A DNA stretch of 64,000 nt from Escherichia coli (GTDB taxonomy: Bacteria > Pseudomonadota > Gammaproteobacteria > Enterobacterales > Enterobacteriaceae). Both the position numbers and the translations under genes were made by a program. The stretch lies in NCBI RefSeq assembly GCF_013122565.1, contig NZ_CP053258.1; one strand, given 5' to 3'. The notes under the pieces were generated by a model. The model saw only the letters and a list, made by a program, of their open reading frames with translations, searched no databases and was not told where the DNA came from. Positions 1-11,753 of this stretch are shown here, one piece after another. The stretch's first letter is position 1, and each line of letters begins with the position of its first letter.

Positions 1-73
1 TCAAGTGGTTATAAATTATCTGTCGAGATCGTGAACTACGGCACACTTTGCGCTACCATCAGGACGCGACAAA

Positions 74-922
74 ATGGGGAAAGAAGTGATGGGAAAAAAA
101 GAGAACGAGATGGCGCAGGAAAAAGAGCGTCCAGCCGGAAGCCAGAGTCTGTTTCGCGGGTTGATGCTGATTGAGATTTTGAGCAACTATCCAAACGGTT
201 GTCCGTTGGCGCATCTTTCGGAGCTGGCTGGTTTAAATAAGAGTACCGTCCATCGCTTATTGCAGGGATTACAGTCCTGCGGCTATGTGACCACCGCGCC
301 CGCCGCAGGGAGTTACCGCCTGACTACCAAATTTATTGCCGTCGGGCAGAAGGCGCTGTCTTCGCTGAATATCATTCATATCGCCGCTCCGCATCTTGAG
401 GCACTGAACATCGCCACTGGTGAAACCATTAACTTCTCCAGCCGCGAAGACGATCACGCTATTTTGATTTATAAGCTGGAGCCCACAACCGGGATGCTGC
501 GAACCCGTGCCTATATTGGCCAGCATATGCCGCTCTACTGTTCCGCAATGGGCAAGATCTACATGGCGTTTGGTCACCCGGACTACGTGAAGTCATACTG
601 GGAAAGCCATCAGCATGAGATCCAGCCGTTAACCCGCAATACCATTACCGAGCTGCCCGCGATGTTCGACGAACTGGCGCACATTCGTGAAAGCGGAGCG
701 GCGATGGACAGAGAAGAAAACGAACTCGGCGTCTCCTGTATTGCTGTTCCGGTGTTTGATATTCATGGGCGGGTGCCGTACGCCGTGTCGATTTCGCTTT
801 CGACATCACGTCTGAAACAGGTGGGGGAGAAAAATCTCCTGAAACCACTGCGTGAAACCGCGCAGGCTATTTCTAATGAACTGGGATTTACTGTCAGGGA
901 CGACCAGGGCGCGATCACATAA
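74..922 (+). CDS. yiaJ: IclR-family transcriptional repressor YiaJ
   Basis: 282-aa ORF; N-terminal HTH region and IclR-type effector domain; matches E. coli YiaJ from memory. Confidence 0.9.
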   Translation: MGKEVMGKKENEMAQEKERPAGSQSLFRGLMLIEILSNYPNGCPLAHLSELAGLNKSTVHRLLQGLQSCGYVTTAPAAGSYRLTTKFIAVGQKALSSLNIIHIAAPHLEALNIATGETINFSSREDDHAILIYKLEPTTGMLRTRAYIGQHMPLYCSAMGKIYMAFGHPDYVKSYWESHQHEIQPLTRNTITELPAMFDELAHIRESGAAMDREENELGVSCIAVPVFDIHGRVPYAVSISLSTSRLKQVGEKNLLKPLRETAQAISNELGFTVRDDQGAIT

Positions 923-1023
923 CGCTTTGGACAAGTGCCAAAACTTTAACATTTCCTTCGTTGGATCAAAGCAGTAGGGACGCGCTCTCTGGCACTCTGC
1001 TGTTTTAGTGCAAAGGAGTGATC

Positions 1024-1497
1024 ATGAACCGGTTTATTATTGCGGATGCGACGAAATGTATCGGTTGCCGTACCTGTGAAGTGGCTTGCGCAGTGTCGCA
1101 TCAGGAGAATCAGGATTGCGCTGCGTTGCTACCAGACGAGTTTATTTCCCGTATTCGTGTCATTAAAGACCACACCTGGACCACGGCAGTAGCCTGTCAT
1201 CAGTGTGAAGATGCACCGTGCGCGAATGTCTGCCCTGTTGACGCGATAAGCCGCGAACATGGGCATATTTTCGTTGAACAATCACGTTGTATTGGCTGTA
1301 AAAGCTGTATGCTGGCTTGTCCGTTTGGTGCGATGGAGGTCGTTTCTTCGCGCAAAAAGGCGAGGGCGATTAAGTGCGATCTGTGCTGGCATCGGGCGAC
1401 GGGACCGGCCTGTGTTGAAGCCTGTCCGACAAAGGCGTTGCAGTGCATGGATGTCGAGAAAGTGCAGCGGCATCGGCTACGGCAGCAGCCTGTTTGA
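1024..1497 (+). CDS. ysaA: 4Fe-4S ferredoxin-type protein YsaA
   Basis: Multiple CxxCxxCxxxCP motifs; start placed at MNRFIIADATK (third codon of track ORF 1018-1497). Confidence 0.85.
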   Translation: MNRFIIADATKCIGCRTCEVACAVSHQENQDCAALLPDEFISRIRVIKDHTWTTAVACHQCEDAPCANVCPVDAISREHGHIFVEQSRCIGCKSCMLACPFGAMEVVSSRKKARAIKCDLCWHRATGPACVEACPTKALQCMDVEKVQRHRLRQQPV

Positions 1498-1543
1498 AAC
1501 GTTTTTCCGGCGTTTCTCAACGCAGGGATAGTGCGCTTTGTTT

Positions 1544-1645
1544 ATGCCGGATGCGGCTAAAACGCCTTATCCGGCCTACAAATTCTACCAAATTCAATAT
1601 ATTGCAGAAATCATGTAGGCCTGATAAGCGTAGCGCATCAGGCAA
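1544..1645. repeat. REP/BIME-like palindromic elements between convergent ysaA and avtA
   Basis: gccggatgcggc...gccttatccggcctaca and gtaggcctgataagcgtagcgcatcaggc, typical REP consensus. Confidence 0.6.
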
Positions 1646-1648
1646 TTT

Positions 1649-2902
1649 TTAGTGACTTTCAGCCCAGGCTCTTTCTATCTCTTCTGCCAGAATCTTCACA
1701 CCCGCCTCAATTTTATCCGGCTCCGGCACGTAGTTCATGCGCATACATTGATGCGTATGCGGCCACGGTTTATCCAGTCCCGGGAAGAAGTTGTGCCCCG
1801 GCACCATCAGCACGCCGCGTGCTTTCAGGCGCTGATAGAGCTGCTCGGTCGTAATGGGCAAATCCTTAAACCATAGCCAGAGGAAAATGGCTCCTTCCGG
1901 TTTATGAATCAGGCAGCGATTTTCCGGTAAATAGCGGCGAATGATGGCGATAGTTTCCTGAACACGCTGGTAGTAAAACGGTTTGATGACTGTTTCAGAC
2001 AGGCGCAGCAGATCGTTACGCTTAATCATTTCACACATCATCGCCGGACCAATACCGCCAGGTGCCAGGCTGATAATGCCGTTCATATTGGTGATGGCGG
2101 TGATGATTTTTTCATTGGCGATGATAATGCCGCAGCGGGAGCCTGGTAGACCCAGCTTGGAAAGACTCATGCACAGTACGATATTCGGATTCCACAGCGG
2201 GCGCGCTTCGCTGAAGATGATACCCGGGAACGGGACGCCATAAGCGTTATCAATCACCAGCGGAATGCCGTGTTGATTCGCCAGCGCGTCAAGCTTCAGC
2301 AACTCTTCGTCAGTAATCACATTGCCTGTTGGATTCGTCGGCCGGGAGACGCAAATCATCCCGGTTTCTTCGCCAATATGCAGATGCTCAAAATCGACGT
2401 GATATTTAAACTGGCCTTCCGGCAGCAGTTCAATATTCGGACGCGCAGAGACAAACAGATCTTCTTCCAGTCCGGCGTCAGCGTAGCCAATGTATTCCGG
2501 TGCCAGCGGGAACAGCACTTTTTTGACCCGACCATCGGCACGGCGTCCGGCAAACAGATTAAATAAGTAGAAAAACGCGCTCTGGCTGCCGTTTGTTAGT
2601 GCAATATTCTGTGCTTCGATATCCCAACCCAACTTCTCGCGCAGCATTCCGGCAAGCAGTGTGAGTAGCTCCGTTTTCCCCTGTGGACCGTCGTAATTGC
2701 ACAGTGCATCAGTCGCTTTGCCACTTTCCAGCATGTCGGTCAGTAGCGTCTGGAAGTAGTCCTGCATTTCCGGGATCTGCGCCGGATTACCGCCGCCGAG
2801 CATAATCGCGCCAGGCGTGCGTAAACCGTCGTTCAGATCTTCCATCAGCAGCGTAATGCCGGAGTGGCGGGTAAATTTGTCACCAAAAAGGGAGAATGTC
2901 AT
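1649..2902 (-). CDS. avtA: valine-pyruvate aminotransferase
   Basis: 417-aa class I aminotransferase; start at MTFSLFGDKF (codon 36 of track ORF 1649-3007). Confidence 0.9.
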   Translation of the reverse strand: MTFSLFGDKFTRHSGITLLMEDLNDGLRTPGAIMLGGGNPAQIPEMQDYFQTLLTDMLESGKATDALCNYDGPQGKTELLTLLAGMLREKLGWDIEAQNIALTNGSQSAFFYLFNLFAGRRADGRVKKVLFPLAPEYIGYADAGLEEDLFVSARPNIELLPEGQFKYHVDFEHLHIGEETGMICVSRPTNPTGNVITDEELLKLDALANQHGIPLVIDNAYGVPFPGIIFSEARPLWNPNIVLCMSLSKLGLPGSRCGIIIANEKIITAITNMNGIISLAPGGIGPAMMCEMIKRNDLLRLSETVIKPFYYQRVQETIAIIRRYLPENRCLIHKPEGAIFLWLWFKDLPITTEQLYQRLKARGVLMVPGHNFFPGLDKPWPHTHQCMRMNYVPEPDKIEAGVKILAEEIERAWAESH

Positions 2903-3079
2903 AGCGGGATATCTGTCGAACTCTGTAGCAAGGAAGGTAACAATAACGCTACATTTGCTGGGGTGCAAATCGGTCTGTTGAAGAGTGAGCGGTGCTTTAT
3001 CCTGCAACGCTGATTAGGGCTGACATTTTATCCTGGTTGGTGGCTTCCCGAGGTCCTGACGAACGGGAAGCCGGAAAAG

Positions 3080-5110
3080 TCACTGTTGCCCAGCCCAGAT
3101 GACCAGCACTTTATCGTCGCCATGCTCACGAACAAAGCCGTAGCCCTGCTTCAGCGAAAGTGTCGTTTGTTTGCCCGCGCCAATTGCGGGATGGCGGGCG
3201 CGGAACTGGCTGATTTTCTGCCAGTGCGCGACGCTGGCGGCAGATTTACCGCTAACATCCTGCCAGTTCATATCCGAACGTGTACCTTGCAGCGGATCAG
3301 AACCGGTAGGACCGAACGGACGCGAGGATTCATCACCATAAAAGATTTGTACCGCGCCTGGCGCTAATAGTAATAACTCTGCTGCTTTGTCGCCCCCTTC
3401 ACGGAACAGGCGGGTATCATGCGACGAGAGGTAGCTCAACACGTTGAAACCCTGCAATTTCTCCGCCATTTGCTGCCAGGTCGTATCCATCTGCGCCAGA
3501 CAATCGACTGCTTTCGCCGCCTGCTCCTGATAATCGAAATTGATCATCGCATCGAAGCCGTGGCGATAGTAGTCACTTTGCATCACGCCGTGGCCCCAGG
3601 CTTCACCGGTCATCCAGAAAGGTTTGTCATCTAATGCTTTGTCGGGGTTAGCTTTTTTCCATTCGCGAAGCGCGGCGCTGGCTTCGGTTTTCAGTTGCTG
3701 CCAGGCGGGCAACTCAACATGTTTGGCGGTATCGACCCGAAAACCATCAATCCCATAGTCGCGGACCCACTGACTTAACCAGTGGGTTAAGTAATCGCGA
3801 GGTGTAAAGCCTTCGATGACTTTAGCGTGAGTATCCGTTTTGTTTTTATAGAACACCGGCAGACCAGAAGCGGTAGTTGATTCGGTTTTGATATCCGGCA
3901 AAAAGGCCAGCGACATAGTGAGATCGTCAAACCCAGGATTGTCGTAATCGCCGATATCCGTTCTGATCCAGTTTTTTCCCCACCATTTATCCCAGCCTGT
4001 TTTGTCGCTGAAATTAATGTAATCGTTAAAGCTATGCCAGGTTTGCCCGGCGGCAGGTTTCCAGTCGCTCCAGCGTTCACCCAGCGTTTTTTTCACTTCG
4101 TCACCAGAAAGATATAACGCGCCAAACTGATACTCCTGCATATCCGCCAGCGTGGCATAGCCGGTGTGGTTCATCACGACATCAAAGAGAATACGAATAC
4201 CGCGCTGATGTGCGCTATCAACCAGCGTCCGTAGATCGGCTTCGTTGCCCATATTGGCATCAAGATTCGTCCAGTCCTGTGTGTAATAACCGTGGTAGGC
4301 ATAATGCGGGAAATCACCTTTTGTACCGCCGCCGACCCAGCCGTGAATTTGCTCAAATGGGGCGCTTATCCATAAAGCATTGATGCCCAGCTGCTGGAGA
4401 TAATCCAGTTTGTTGGTCAGGCCGCGTAAATCGCCGCCGTGAAAAGTACCAATTTCTGCCATACCGTCTTTATGACGTCCGTAACTCTGGTCATTACTGG
4501 GATCGCCGTTTTCGAAACGATCTGTCAGCACAAAGTAAACCGTGGCGTTATGCCAGTCGAAAGGGGCAGGGGCGTCAGTTTCTGCCCGTTCCAGCAGGAG
4601 TAAACCGTTGCTGGTGGCAGCGGGTTGTAACGTTATTTGACCGTTCTTCACTATCGCAATTTGCTGGCTGTAATAATCCCGTACGGCGGCTCCTTCCGGA
4701 AAAGTGGCGCTGACATCCAGCGTGAGCGGTAATCCATCCCATTTCGGGCATACACGGACCTGGCTTGCTACCGGTTCGGCGGCGTTCTGGATGGAAATCA
4801 TCAATGTTGGCGTGCCGGAGCGGGTGTCTATTTGCAGCGTATATTCGCCGTCCCTGAACAATCGCCATTGCGGCGGCGTGTTGCTACAAGGTTGCAGGGA
4901 AAGCATCTGATTGAGTTTTATCGCATCCGCAGGCTGCCAGCACTGTTGGTCAAAATTTAGCGTTAGTGGACGCGTACCTTTGGGCAACTGTGCGTGGCTG
5001 ACAAATGTTCCCGTTCCCTGTTCGCTAAAGGCGGGAAAGCCCGGAGAAGTCCAGCTGGCGGCAACGGCGAAGCCAGGAAGGAGTGTCAGAAAACAGGCGG
5101 CGAGTTTCAT
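3080..5110 (-). CDS. malS: periplasmic alpha-amylase
   Basis: 676-aa ORF with signal peptide and GH13 motifs (DVVMNH, GFRVDTAKH); matches MalS. Confidence 0.9.
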   Translation of the reverse strand: MKLAACFLTLLPGFAVAASWTSPGFPAFSEQGTGTFVSHAQLPKGTRPLTLNFDQQCWQPADAIKLNQMLSLQPCSNTPPQWRLFRDGEYTLQIDTRSGTPTLMISIQNAAEPVASQVRVCPKWDGLPLTLDVSATFPEGAAVRDYYSQQIAIVKNGQITLQPAATSNGLLLLERAETDAPAPFDWHNATVYFVLTDRFENGDPSNDQSYGRHKDGMAEIGTFHGGDLRGLTNKLDYLQQLGINALWISAPFEQIHGWVGGGTKGDFPHYAYHGYYTQDWTNLDANMGNEADLRTLVDSAHQRGIRILFDVVMNHTGYATLADMQEYQFGALYLSGDEVKKTLGERWSDWKPAAGQTWHSFNDYINFSDKTGWDKWWGKNWIRTDIGDYDNPGFDDLTMSLAFLPDIKTESTTASGLPVFYKNKTDTHAKVIEGFTPRDYLTHWLSQWVRDYGIDGFRVDTAKHVELPAWQQLKTEASAALREWKKANPDKALDDKPFWMTGEAWGHGVMQSDYYRHGFDAMINFDYQEQAAKAVDCLAQMDTTWQQMAEKLQGFNVLSYLSSHDTRLFREGGDKAAELLLLAPGAVQIFYGDESSRPFGPTGSDPLQGTRSDMNWQDVSGKSAASVAHWQKISQFRARHPAIGAGKQTTLSLKQGYGFVREHGDDKVLVIWAGQQ

Positions 5111-5171
5111 GGCGGATGAGTCCTTATTGCTGCGATTTCAGACAGTTTGCCAGCGATAAGCCAGACAAAAC

Positions 5172-5201
5172 TCATCCCTGAGCGGTAAGTCCACAGGATG
5201 A
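5172..5201. promoter_or_regulatory. putative MalT boxes in malS promoter region
   Basis: Inverted tcatcc (5172-5177) and ggatga (5196-5201), matching the MalT box GGA(T/G)GA; malS is a MalT regulon member. Confidence 0.4.
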
Positions 5202-5429
5202 GAAGCAAGGGTGAGCGATCTCGCGCAAAAAACGGCTGAATTTTGCGATAAACCCCACATTTTCTGCGATTTAGCGCCAATCTGAATCGTTAACACGTGA
5301 CATAGTTTCAGATTTGGACTATTCCTTGGGGTGCTCTTGACAGCTATTTTTGATATGATTTGAGATTCAACTCTCAAATTTGTGAAAAATATAAGGTGTT
5401 GGAATGATTAAATCCGACCAGGAGACCTG

Positions 5430-6254
5430 ATGATTTTGACTCCCATACGACGATATGGGGCGATGATTCTTATGTTACTCACTCTGGTGTTTTCGAGTGA
5501 GGTGTTAGCGAAGACGCACACAACAACAGCGAGTCAAAAGTCCCACTTAACTAAAGCTAGTAATAAACAGGTAAGCAGTAAACAAGAGTATTCTCGCAAT
5601 AGTGCAAAGAGTAGTTCACTTCCTGATTTGCGAAAATACCCTTCCGGAACACCAAGGAAAAAGGCGTTTCTCCGGACCGTAATGCCTTACATTACCAGCC
5701 AAAATGCAGCCATTACTGCAGAACGTAACTGGCTGATTTCAAAACAGTATCAGGGCCAATGGTCACCTGCTGAGCGTGCGCGTCTGAAAGACATCGCCAA
5801 ACGCTACAAGGTGAAGTGGTCTGGTAATACGCGAAAAATCCCGTGGAATACCTTGCTTGAACGCGTAGACATTATCCCCACCAGTATGGTGGCGACGATG
5901 GCTGCAGCAGAAAGCGGTTGGGGAACGTCAAAGCTGGCGCGCAACAACAACAATCTTTTCGGCATGAAATGCATGAAAGGACGTTGTACCAATGCGCCGG
6001 GTAAAGTGAAAGGGTACTCACAGTTTAGTTCTGTCAAAGAATCGGTGAGCGCCTATGTCACTAACCTCAATACGCATCCGGCTTACTCTTCGTTCCGTAA
6101 ATCGCGTGCACAGCTGCGTAAAGCGGATCAGGAAGTGACTGCCACAGCGATGATTCACAAGCTGAAGGGCTACTCGACCAAAGGGAAGAGTTATAACAAC
6201 TACCTGTTCGCAATGTACCAGGATAACCAACGGTTAATCGCGGCGCATATGTAA
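5430..6254 (+). CDS. bax: Bax protein (putative glucosaminidase)
   Basis: 274-aa ORF matching E. coli Bax; located between malS and xylR as in E. coli. Confidence 0.85.
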   Translation: MILTPIRRYGAMILMLLTLVFSSEVLAKTHTTTASQKSHLTKASNKQVSSKQEYSRNSAKSSSLPDLRKYPSGTPRKKAFLRTVMPYITSQNAAITAERNWLISKQYQGQWSPAERARLKDIAKRYKVKWSGNTRKIPWNTLLERVDIIPTSMVATMAAAESGWGTSKLARNNNNLFGMKCMKGRCTNAPGKVKGYSQFSSVKESVSAYVTNLNTHPAYSSFRKSRAQLRKADQEVTATAMIHKLKGYSTKGKSYNNYLFAMYQDNQRLIAAHM

Positions 6255-6265
6255 TTGTATTTCCT

Positions 6266-6352
6266 CGAGCCTTATCCGAATTGTCGGTCGGATAAGGCTT
6301 TTGATCGCATCAGGTGGTTGTGCTGAGTTACCTGATGCGACGCCGACAATTC
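6266..6352. repeat. REP-like hairpins / terminator region between bax and xylR
   Basis: Palindromes gccttatccgaattgtcggtcggataaggc and catcaggt...acctgatg. Confidence 0.5.
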
Positions 6353-6361
6353 TCATCATCG

Positions 6362-7540
6362 CTACAACATGACCTCGCTATTTACATCGCGATACTCTTT
6401 TGGCGTCGTGTCATATGCTTTTTTAAAAACAGAGTAGAAATATTGCAGCGATGGATAACCGCACATTTGCGATATCTCATTGATCGACAAGGTGGTTGAA
6501 ATCAGCAGACTGCGCGCTTTCTCCAGCTTCTCGGCATGAATCATGGCATGGATGGTTTCACCCACCTCTTCTTTAAAACGCTTCTCAAGATTGGAGCGCG
6601 AGATCCCGACCGCATCGAGTACCTGATCCACTTTAATCCCTTTACAGGCGTGATTACGAATGTAATGCATGGCCTGAATAACGGCGGGATCGGTCAGCGA
6701 ACGGTAATCTGTTGAGCGCCGTTCAATGACGCGAACTGGAGGGACCAAAATCCGCTGTAGCGGCATTTCTTCTTTATCTAATAATCGATGCAACAGTTTT
6801 GCCGCCTGATAGCCCATTTGCCGCGCGCCCTGAGCGACCGAAGAAAGGGCGACACGCGACAGATAGCGGGTCAGTTCTTCGTTGTCGATGCCAATCACGC
6901 ATAATTTTTCCGGTACGGGAATGTGTAGATGTTCACATACTTGCAGAATATGCCGCGCCCGGGCGTCAGTAACGGCAATAATCCCGGTTTGCGGTGGCAG
7001 CGTTTGTAGCCAGTCTGCCAGCCGATTTTGCGCGTGTTGCCAGTTCTCTGGTGCGGTTTCTAACCCCTGATAAACCACTCCGCGATACTTTTCTTCGGCG
7101 ACAAGCTGACGAAATGCATATTCGCGTTCAGTGGCCCAACGTTTGCCGCTTGATTCCGGAAGACCATAAAAAGCAAAGCGGTTAACGCCTTTCTCTTTTA
7201 AATGCAAAAATGCGCTTTCAACCAGCGCATAGTTATCGGTGGCAATGTAATGAACGGGTGGGTAACTTTCTGCAAGGTGATACGAGCCGCCAACCCCAAC
7301 AATGGGGACGTCGACATCAGCCAGCGCTTGCTCGATTTGTTTGTCGTCGAAGTCGGCAATGACGCCATCTCCTAACCAGTCCTTGATTTTATCAATGCGG
7401 GCGCGGAAATCTTCTTCAATGAAAATATCCCATTCTGATTGTGATGCCTGTAAATATTCCCCTACGCCTTCTACTACCTGCCGGTCATAGGCTTTATTGG
7501 CATTGAACAGTAATGTGATGCGGTGACGTTTAGTAAACAT
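6362..7540 (-). CDS. xylR: xylose operon activator XylR (AraC family)
   Basis: 392-aa ORF; periplasmic-binding-like N domain plus C-terminal AraC HTH; adjacent to xylFGH. Confidence 0.9.
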   Translation of the reverse strand: MFTKRHRITLLFNANKAYDRQVVEGVGEYLQASQSEWDIFIEEDFRARIDKIKDWLGDGVIADFDDKQIEQALADVDVPIVGVGGSYHLAESYPPVHYIATDNYALVESAFLHLKEKGVNRFAFYGLPESSGKRWATEREYAFRQLVAEEKYRGVVYQGLETAPENWQHAQNRLADWLQTLPPQTGIIAVTDARARHILQVCEHLHIPVPEKLCVIGIDNEELTRYLSRVALSSVAQGARQMGYQAAKLLHRLLDKEEMPLQRILVPPVRVIERRSTDYRSLTDPAVIQAMHYIRNHACKGIKVDQVLDAVGISRSNLEKRFKEEVGETIHAMIHAEKLEKARSLLISTTLSINEISQMCGYPSLQYFYSVFKKAYDTTPKEYRDVNSEVML

Positions 7541-7617
7541 GGTTCTTTTCCTGCTGAATCATGCAAAAACTCAAAACCGGTAATACGTAACCGGCTTTGA
7601 GAAAATTTTTATCAAAA

Positions 7618-8799
7618 TCAAGAACGGCGTTTGGTTGCGGAGTCCATCCATACTGCCAGCAACAGAATCGCACCTTTAACGATATACTGCCAGAAGGTCG
7701 GTACATCCATCATACTCATACCGTTATCCAGTGAAGCCATGATGAATGCCCCCATTACCGCTCCAGCCACGCTCCCGACGCCGCCTGCCAGACTGGTGCC
7801 GCCAATCACGCATGCTGCAATTGCGTCCAGCTCGGCGATATTCCCCGCAGAAGGTGAACCAGCGCCAAGTCGAGAACTGAGGATTAATCCGGCGATGGCT
7901 ACCATTAATCCGTTAATAGCGAACACGGCAAGTTTGGTGCGTTCAACGTTAATGCCGGAGAGACGTGCTGCTTCCAGATTGCCGCCGATGGCATAAATGC
8001 GTCGTCCAAATGCCGTCCGCGTTGCCATAAACATTCCGCCGAGTAACAGCAACGTCAGCAGCAGAACAGGAGTGGGAACGCCACGATAATCATTCAACAG
8101 CCAGATTGCGCCTAATACGATGATAGCGGTTAAAGCCTGGCGACCGACTACTGCGGTAGAGGCCGGAGACTGCAAACCCAAAGCCTGACGGCGCATTCTT
8201 CCGCGCCATTGCCAGCCAACAAAAGCCATTAAGCCAAGCGCGCCAATGATGAAGCCGGTGCTGGCAGGTAGATAGCTTTGCCCAATTTGTGACATCGCGG
8301 CGCTGGTGGGGGAAACAGTCGTGCCGTTGGTAATGCCAATGAGTATGCCGCGAAATGCCAACATGCCCGCGAGGGTGACAATAAATGAAGGGACTTTGCG
8401 GTACGCGACCCACCATCCGTTCCAGGCACCGAGAAGCAGTCCCAGAACCAGCGTTACAATGATGGTAAGTGGCAAAGGCCAGCCTAACCAGACGTCGCAA
8501 ATCGCCGCGACGCCACCTAACAGCCCCATCATTGAGCCGACGGAAAGGTCGATTTCAGCAGAAATTATGACGAACACCATTCCTACCGCGAGGATGCCGG
8601 TAATCGCGGTCTGGCGTAACAGGTTGGAGACGTTACGGGCGCTTAAGTAGGCACCCTCGGTGGTCCAGGTAAAGAACAGCATGATTGCGATGATAGCTGC
8701 AATCATCACGAAGACCTGCAAATTTAGTGACTTCAGCCCGGAAAAGCCACCGGATGTCGGTACGGCCAATTTCACTTCAGACGGATTGCTTTTCGACAT
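7618..8799 (-). CDS. xylH: xylose ABC transporter permease
   Basis: 393-aa polytopic membrane protein; matches XylH. Confidence 0.9.
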   Translation of the reverse strand: MSKSNPSEVKLAVPTSGGFSGLKSLNLQVFVMIAAIIAIMLFFTWTTEGAYLSARNVSNLLRQTAITGILAVGMVFVIISAEIDLSVGSMMGLLGGVAAICDVWLGWPLPLTIIVTLVLGLLLGAWNGWWVAYRKVPSFIVTLAGMLAFRGILIGITNGTTVSPTSAAMSQIGQSYLPASTGFIIGALGLMAFVGWQWRGRMRRQALGLQSPASTAVVGRQALTAIIVLGAIWLLNDYRGVPTPVLLLTLLLLGGMFMATRTAFGRRIYAIGGNLEAARLSGINVERTKLAVFAINGLMVAIAGLILSSRLGAGSPSAGNIAELDAIAACVIGGTSLAGGVGSVAGAVMGAFIMASLDNGMSMMDVPTFWQYIVKGAILLLAVWMDSATKRRS

Positions 8800-10318
8800 G
8801 ATGTTCGCTCCTCAATGCGGCTTCCATCACCTGCTCCTGAGTCAGGTTATGATTTATCAGGTTGGCTTTTAGTTTCCCTTCATGCATCACCAGTACACGA
8901 TCGCTAAGGCCGAGCACTTCAGGTAATTCGGAAGAGATGACAATAACGGCAATACCCTGCTGGACGAGTTGGTTAATTAATTTGTAGATCTCATATTTCG
9001 CGCCAATATCAATACCCCTGGTAGGTTCATCAAGAATGAGAATGCGCGGGTTGAGTAACAGACAGCGGGCGAGGATCGCTTTTTGCTGATTGCCGCCGCT
9101 CAAACGTCCAATAGCAAGGTCGGGGGACGACGTTTTAACTTTGAGTTGCTGGATTGATTCCAGAATACATTTTTGCTCTGCCGCGTCATCAAGCTGGCTA
9201 ATGCCACCGGTAAATTTATTGAGTGCGGCGAGGGTAATATTTTTACCAACCGCCATTACCGGAACGATGCCGTCGCGCTTTCTGTCTTCGGGGACCATCG
9301 CAATCCCCTGGGCGATGGCTTGCTGACAGTTACGAATATCTACCTGTTTGCCATCAATATAAATTTTTCCTTCCCATTGTCCGGGCCACACACCAAACAG
9401 GCACTGAATGGTCTCGGTACGTCCGGCACCAACGAGTCCGGCAATACCCAGTATTTCGCCACGTTTCAGGGAAAACGAGACATCATTAACTCGTTTAATA
9501 TGACGATTAACCGGATGCCATGCCGTCAGATGTTCAATACGTAATATTTCATCTCCGGTGGTATGTGGTTCATTAGGGTAAAGCGCGGTTAACTCTCGCC
9601 CGACCATCATGGTGATAATATCGTCTTCACTCATTCCGGCAGCATCACGCGTACCAATGTGCTGTCCGTCGCGAATAACGCAAATCGTATCGGAAATCGC
9701 TTTGACTTCGTTGAGTTTGTGCGAAATATAAATACAGGCGATACCGTGCTGTTGTAGATCGCGAATAATATCCAGTAAAACCGACGTTTCCTGCTCAGTT
9801 AATGAGGCTGTCGGTTCATCGAGAATTAACAAGCGCACCTGTTTATTAAGTGCCTTGGCTATTTCAACCAGTTGTTGTTGCCCAAGCCCTAAATCTCCCA
9901 CGCGGGTATCTGGTGAAATGGATAAACTGACCTGTGCGAGCAGCTTCTGACAGCGTAGCGTCATCAGGTCATAATCCATAATACCATTGTGGGTTATTTC
10001 GTTACCCAGGAAGATATTTTCCAGTACGGTCAATTCTTTCACCAGGGCCAATTCCTGGTGAATGATGGCGATACCTTTGCGTTCGGTATCGCGGATGTGA
10101 CTCGCCTGAATCTCTTCTCCCGCAAAAATAATTTCGCCTTCGTAGGAGCCATGGGGATAAATACCACACAGCACTTTCATCAGCGTTGATTTACCAGACC
10201 CATTTTCCCCACAGAGTGAGACGATTTCGCCAGCATTCAACCGCAAGCTGACGTTATCAATCGCCTTCACACTGCCGAAGGTTTTGGTAATGTTCTTCAT
10301 TTCAAGTAGATAAGGCAT
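8777..10318 (-). CDS. xylG: xylose ABC transporter ATP-binding protein
   Basis: 513-aa, two ABC cassettes (GENGSGKST Walker A, LSGGNQQK signature); overlaps xylH start by 23 nt. Confidence 0.9.
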   Translation of the reverse strand: MPYLLEMKNITKTFGSVKAIDNVSLRLNAGEIVSLCGENGSGKSTLMKVLCGIYPHGSYEGEIIFAGEEIQASHIRDTERKGIAIIHQELALVKELTVLENIFLGNEITHNGIMDYDLMTLRCQKLLAQVSLSISPDTRVGDLGLGQQQLVEIAKALNKQVRLLILDEPTASLTEQETSVLLDIIRDLQQHGIACIYISHKLNEVKAISDTICVIRDGQHIGTRDAAGMSEDDIITMMVGRELTALYPNEPHTTGDEILRIEHLTAWHPVNRHIKRVNDVSFSLKRGEILGIAGLVGAGRTETIQCLFGVWPGQWEGKIYIDGKQVDIRNCQQAIAQGIAMVPEDRKRDGIVPVMAVGKNITLAALNKFTGGISQLDDAAEQKCILESIQQLKVKTSSPDLAIGRLSGGNQQKAILARCLLLNPRILILDEPTRGIDIGAKYEIYKLINQLVQQGIAVIVISSELPEVLGLSDRVLVMHEGKLKANLINHNLTQEQVMEAALRSEHHVEKQSV

Positions 10319-10395
10319 AACGACTCCACCTAAGCCAATTCATTCACGCGGCATGGAGAGAAATCACGCCCCCGCTCCTCGCCGGGGCGTAACGC

Positions 10396-11388
10396 TTACA
10401 GCTCGCTCTCTTTGTGGAATCCGTCTTTGACTACCGTATCTTTGATGTTGTTTTTATTCACATCGATCGGTGTCAGCAGGCGGGAGGGAACATCTTTCAG
10501 GCCATTATTCAGTGTGGTATCTGCTTTTGGTTCCTGACCATTGCCCAACTCAACGGCAATTTCTGCGGCAGTATTTGCCAGCAATGTAATAGGTTTATAC
10601 ACCGTCATAGTTTGCGTACCGGCAGCAATACGTTTAATACCTGCGAGATCCGCATCCTGGCCAGAAATTGCTACTTTCCCTGATAAACCTTGCGCGCTTA
10701 ATGCCTGAATTGCCCCACCTGCGGTGGCATCATTTGAGGCAACTACAGCATCAATTTTGTTATTATTGGCGGTTAGCGCGTTTTCCATAATTTTCAATGC
10801 GTTTTCCGGTAACCAGCCATCAACCCATTGGTCACCAACGACTTTAATTTTTCCGGAATCAACGTAAGGTTGTAACACTTTCATTTGTCCGGCGCGGAAC
10901 AGCTTGGCGTTGTTATCTACCGGAGAGCCGCCCATCAGGAAGTAATTACCTTGTGGAACAATATCGACCAGGGCTTTTGCCTGCAGTTCACCGACTTTTT
11001 CGTTATCGAAAGAAATATAAAAATCGATATCCGCATCGTTAATCATACGGTCGTAAGCTAATACTTTAATACCTTCTTGTTTGGCTTCTTTTACAACGTT
11101 ACTTAATACCTGACCGTTATACGGAATAATGACAAGAACATCGACACCCCGGTTAATCATGTTTTCAATCTGCGACATTTGTGTTTCTTCATTGCCATTT
11201 GCAGACTGTACAAATACTTTCGCGCCGAGAGATTCTGCCTTTTTCACAAAGATATCTCGATCTTTTTGCCAGCGTTCAAGACGGAGATCATCAATCGCCA
11301 TACCTATTTTGACTTCTTTGGCGTGTGCCGCAACGTTGGTAAGCAGAAGTGAGGTGCAAAGGGTGAGTAGAATGTTCTTTATTTTCAT
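10396..11388 (-). CDS. xylF: D-xylose-binding periplasmic protein
   Basis: Start at MKIKNILLTL signal peptide (codon 27 of track ORF 10396-11466); 330 aa. Confidence 0.9.
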   Translation of the reverse strand: MKIKNILLTLCTSLLLTNVAAHAKEVKIGMAIDDLRLERWQKDRDIFVKKAESLGAKVFVQSANGNEETQMSQIENMINRGVDVLVIIPYNGQVLSNVVKEAKQEGIKVLAYDRMINDADIDFYISFDNEKVGELQAKALVDIVPQGNYFLMGGSPVDNNAKLFRAGQMKVLQPYVDSGKIKVVGDQWVDGWLPENALKIMENALTANNNKIDAVVASNDATAGGAIQALSAQGLSGKVAISGQDADLAGIKRIAAGTQTMTVYKPITLLANTAAEIAVELGNGQEPKADTTLNNGLKDVPSRLLTPIDVNKNNIKDTVVKDGFHKESEL

Positions 11389-11753
11389 GGTGTAGGGCCT
11401 TCTGTAGTTAGAGGACAGCTTTAATAAGTAACAATCACCGCGATAAACGTAACCAATTTTTAGCAACTAAACAGGGGAAAACAATTACAGATTTTTATCT
11501 TTCGATTACGATTTTTGGTTTATTTCTTGATTTATGACCGAGATCTTACTTTTGTTGCGCAATTGTACTTATTGCATTTTTCTCTTCGAGGAATTACCCA
11601 GTTTCATCATTCCATTTTATTTTGCGAGCGAGCGCACACTTGTGAATTATCTCAATAGCAGTGTGAAATAACATAATTGAGCAACTGAAAGGGAGTGCCC
11701 AATATTACAACATCATCCATCACCCGCGGCATTACCTGATTATGGAGTTCAAT
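11389..11753. promoter_or_regulatory. divergent xylF / xylA promoter region (expected XylR and CRP sites)
   Basis: AT-rich 365-bp spacer between divergent xylF and xylA; individual operator sites not mapped. Confidence 0.55.

Noticed and set aside
1649-3007. Longer N-terminal extensions in the ORF track for avtA, xylF, xylA, tag, yhjY, yhjX, eptB, dppB, yhjV, bcsB, ghrB, yiaF, lpfD
   Set aside because: Upstream in-frame ATG/GTG/TTG codons lack Shine-Dalgarno sequences and precede the recognised N-termini or signal peptides; shorter conventional starts used.
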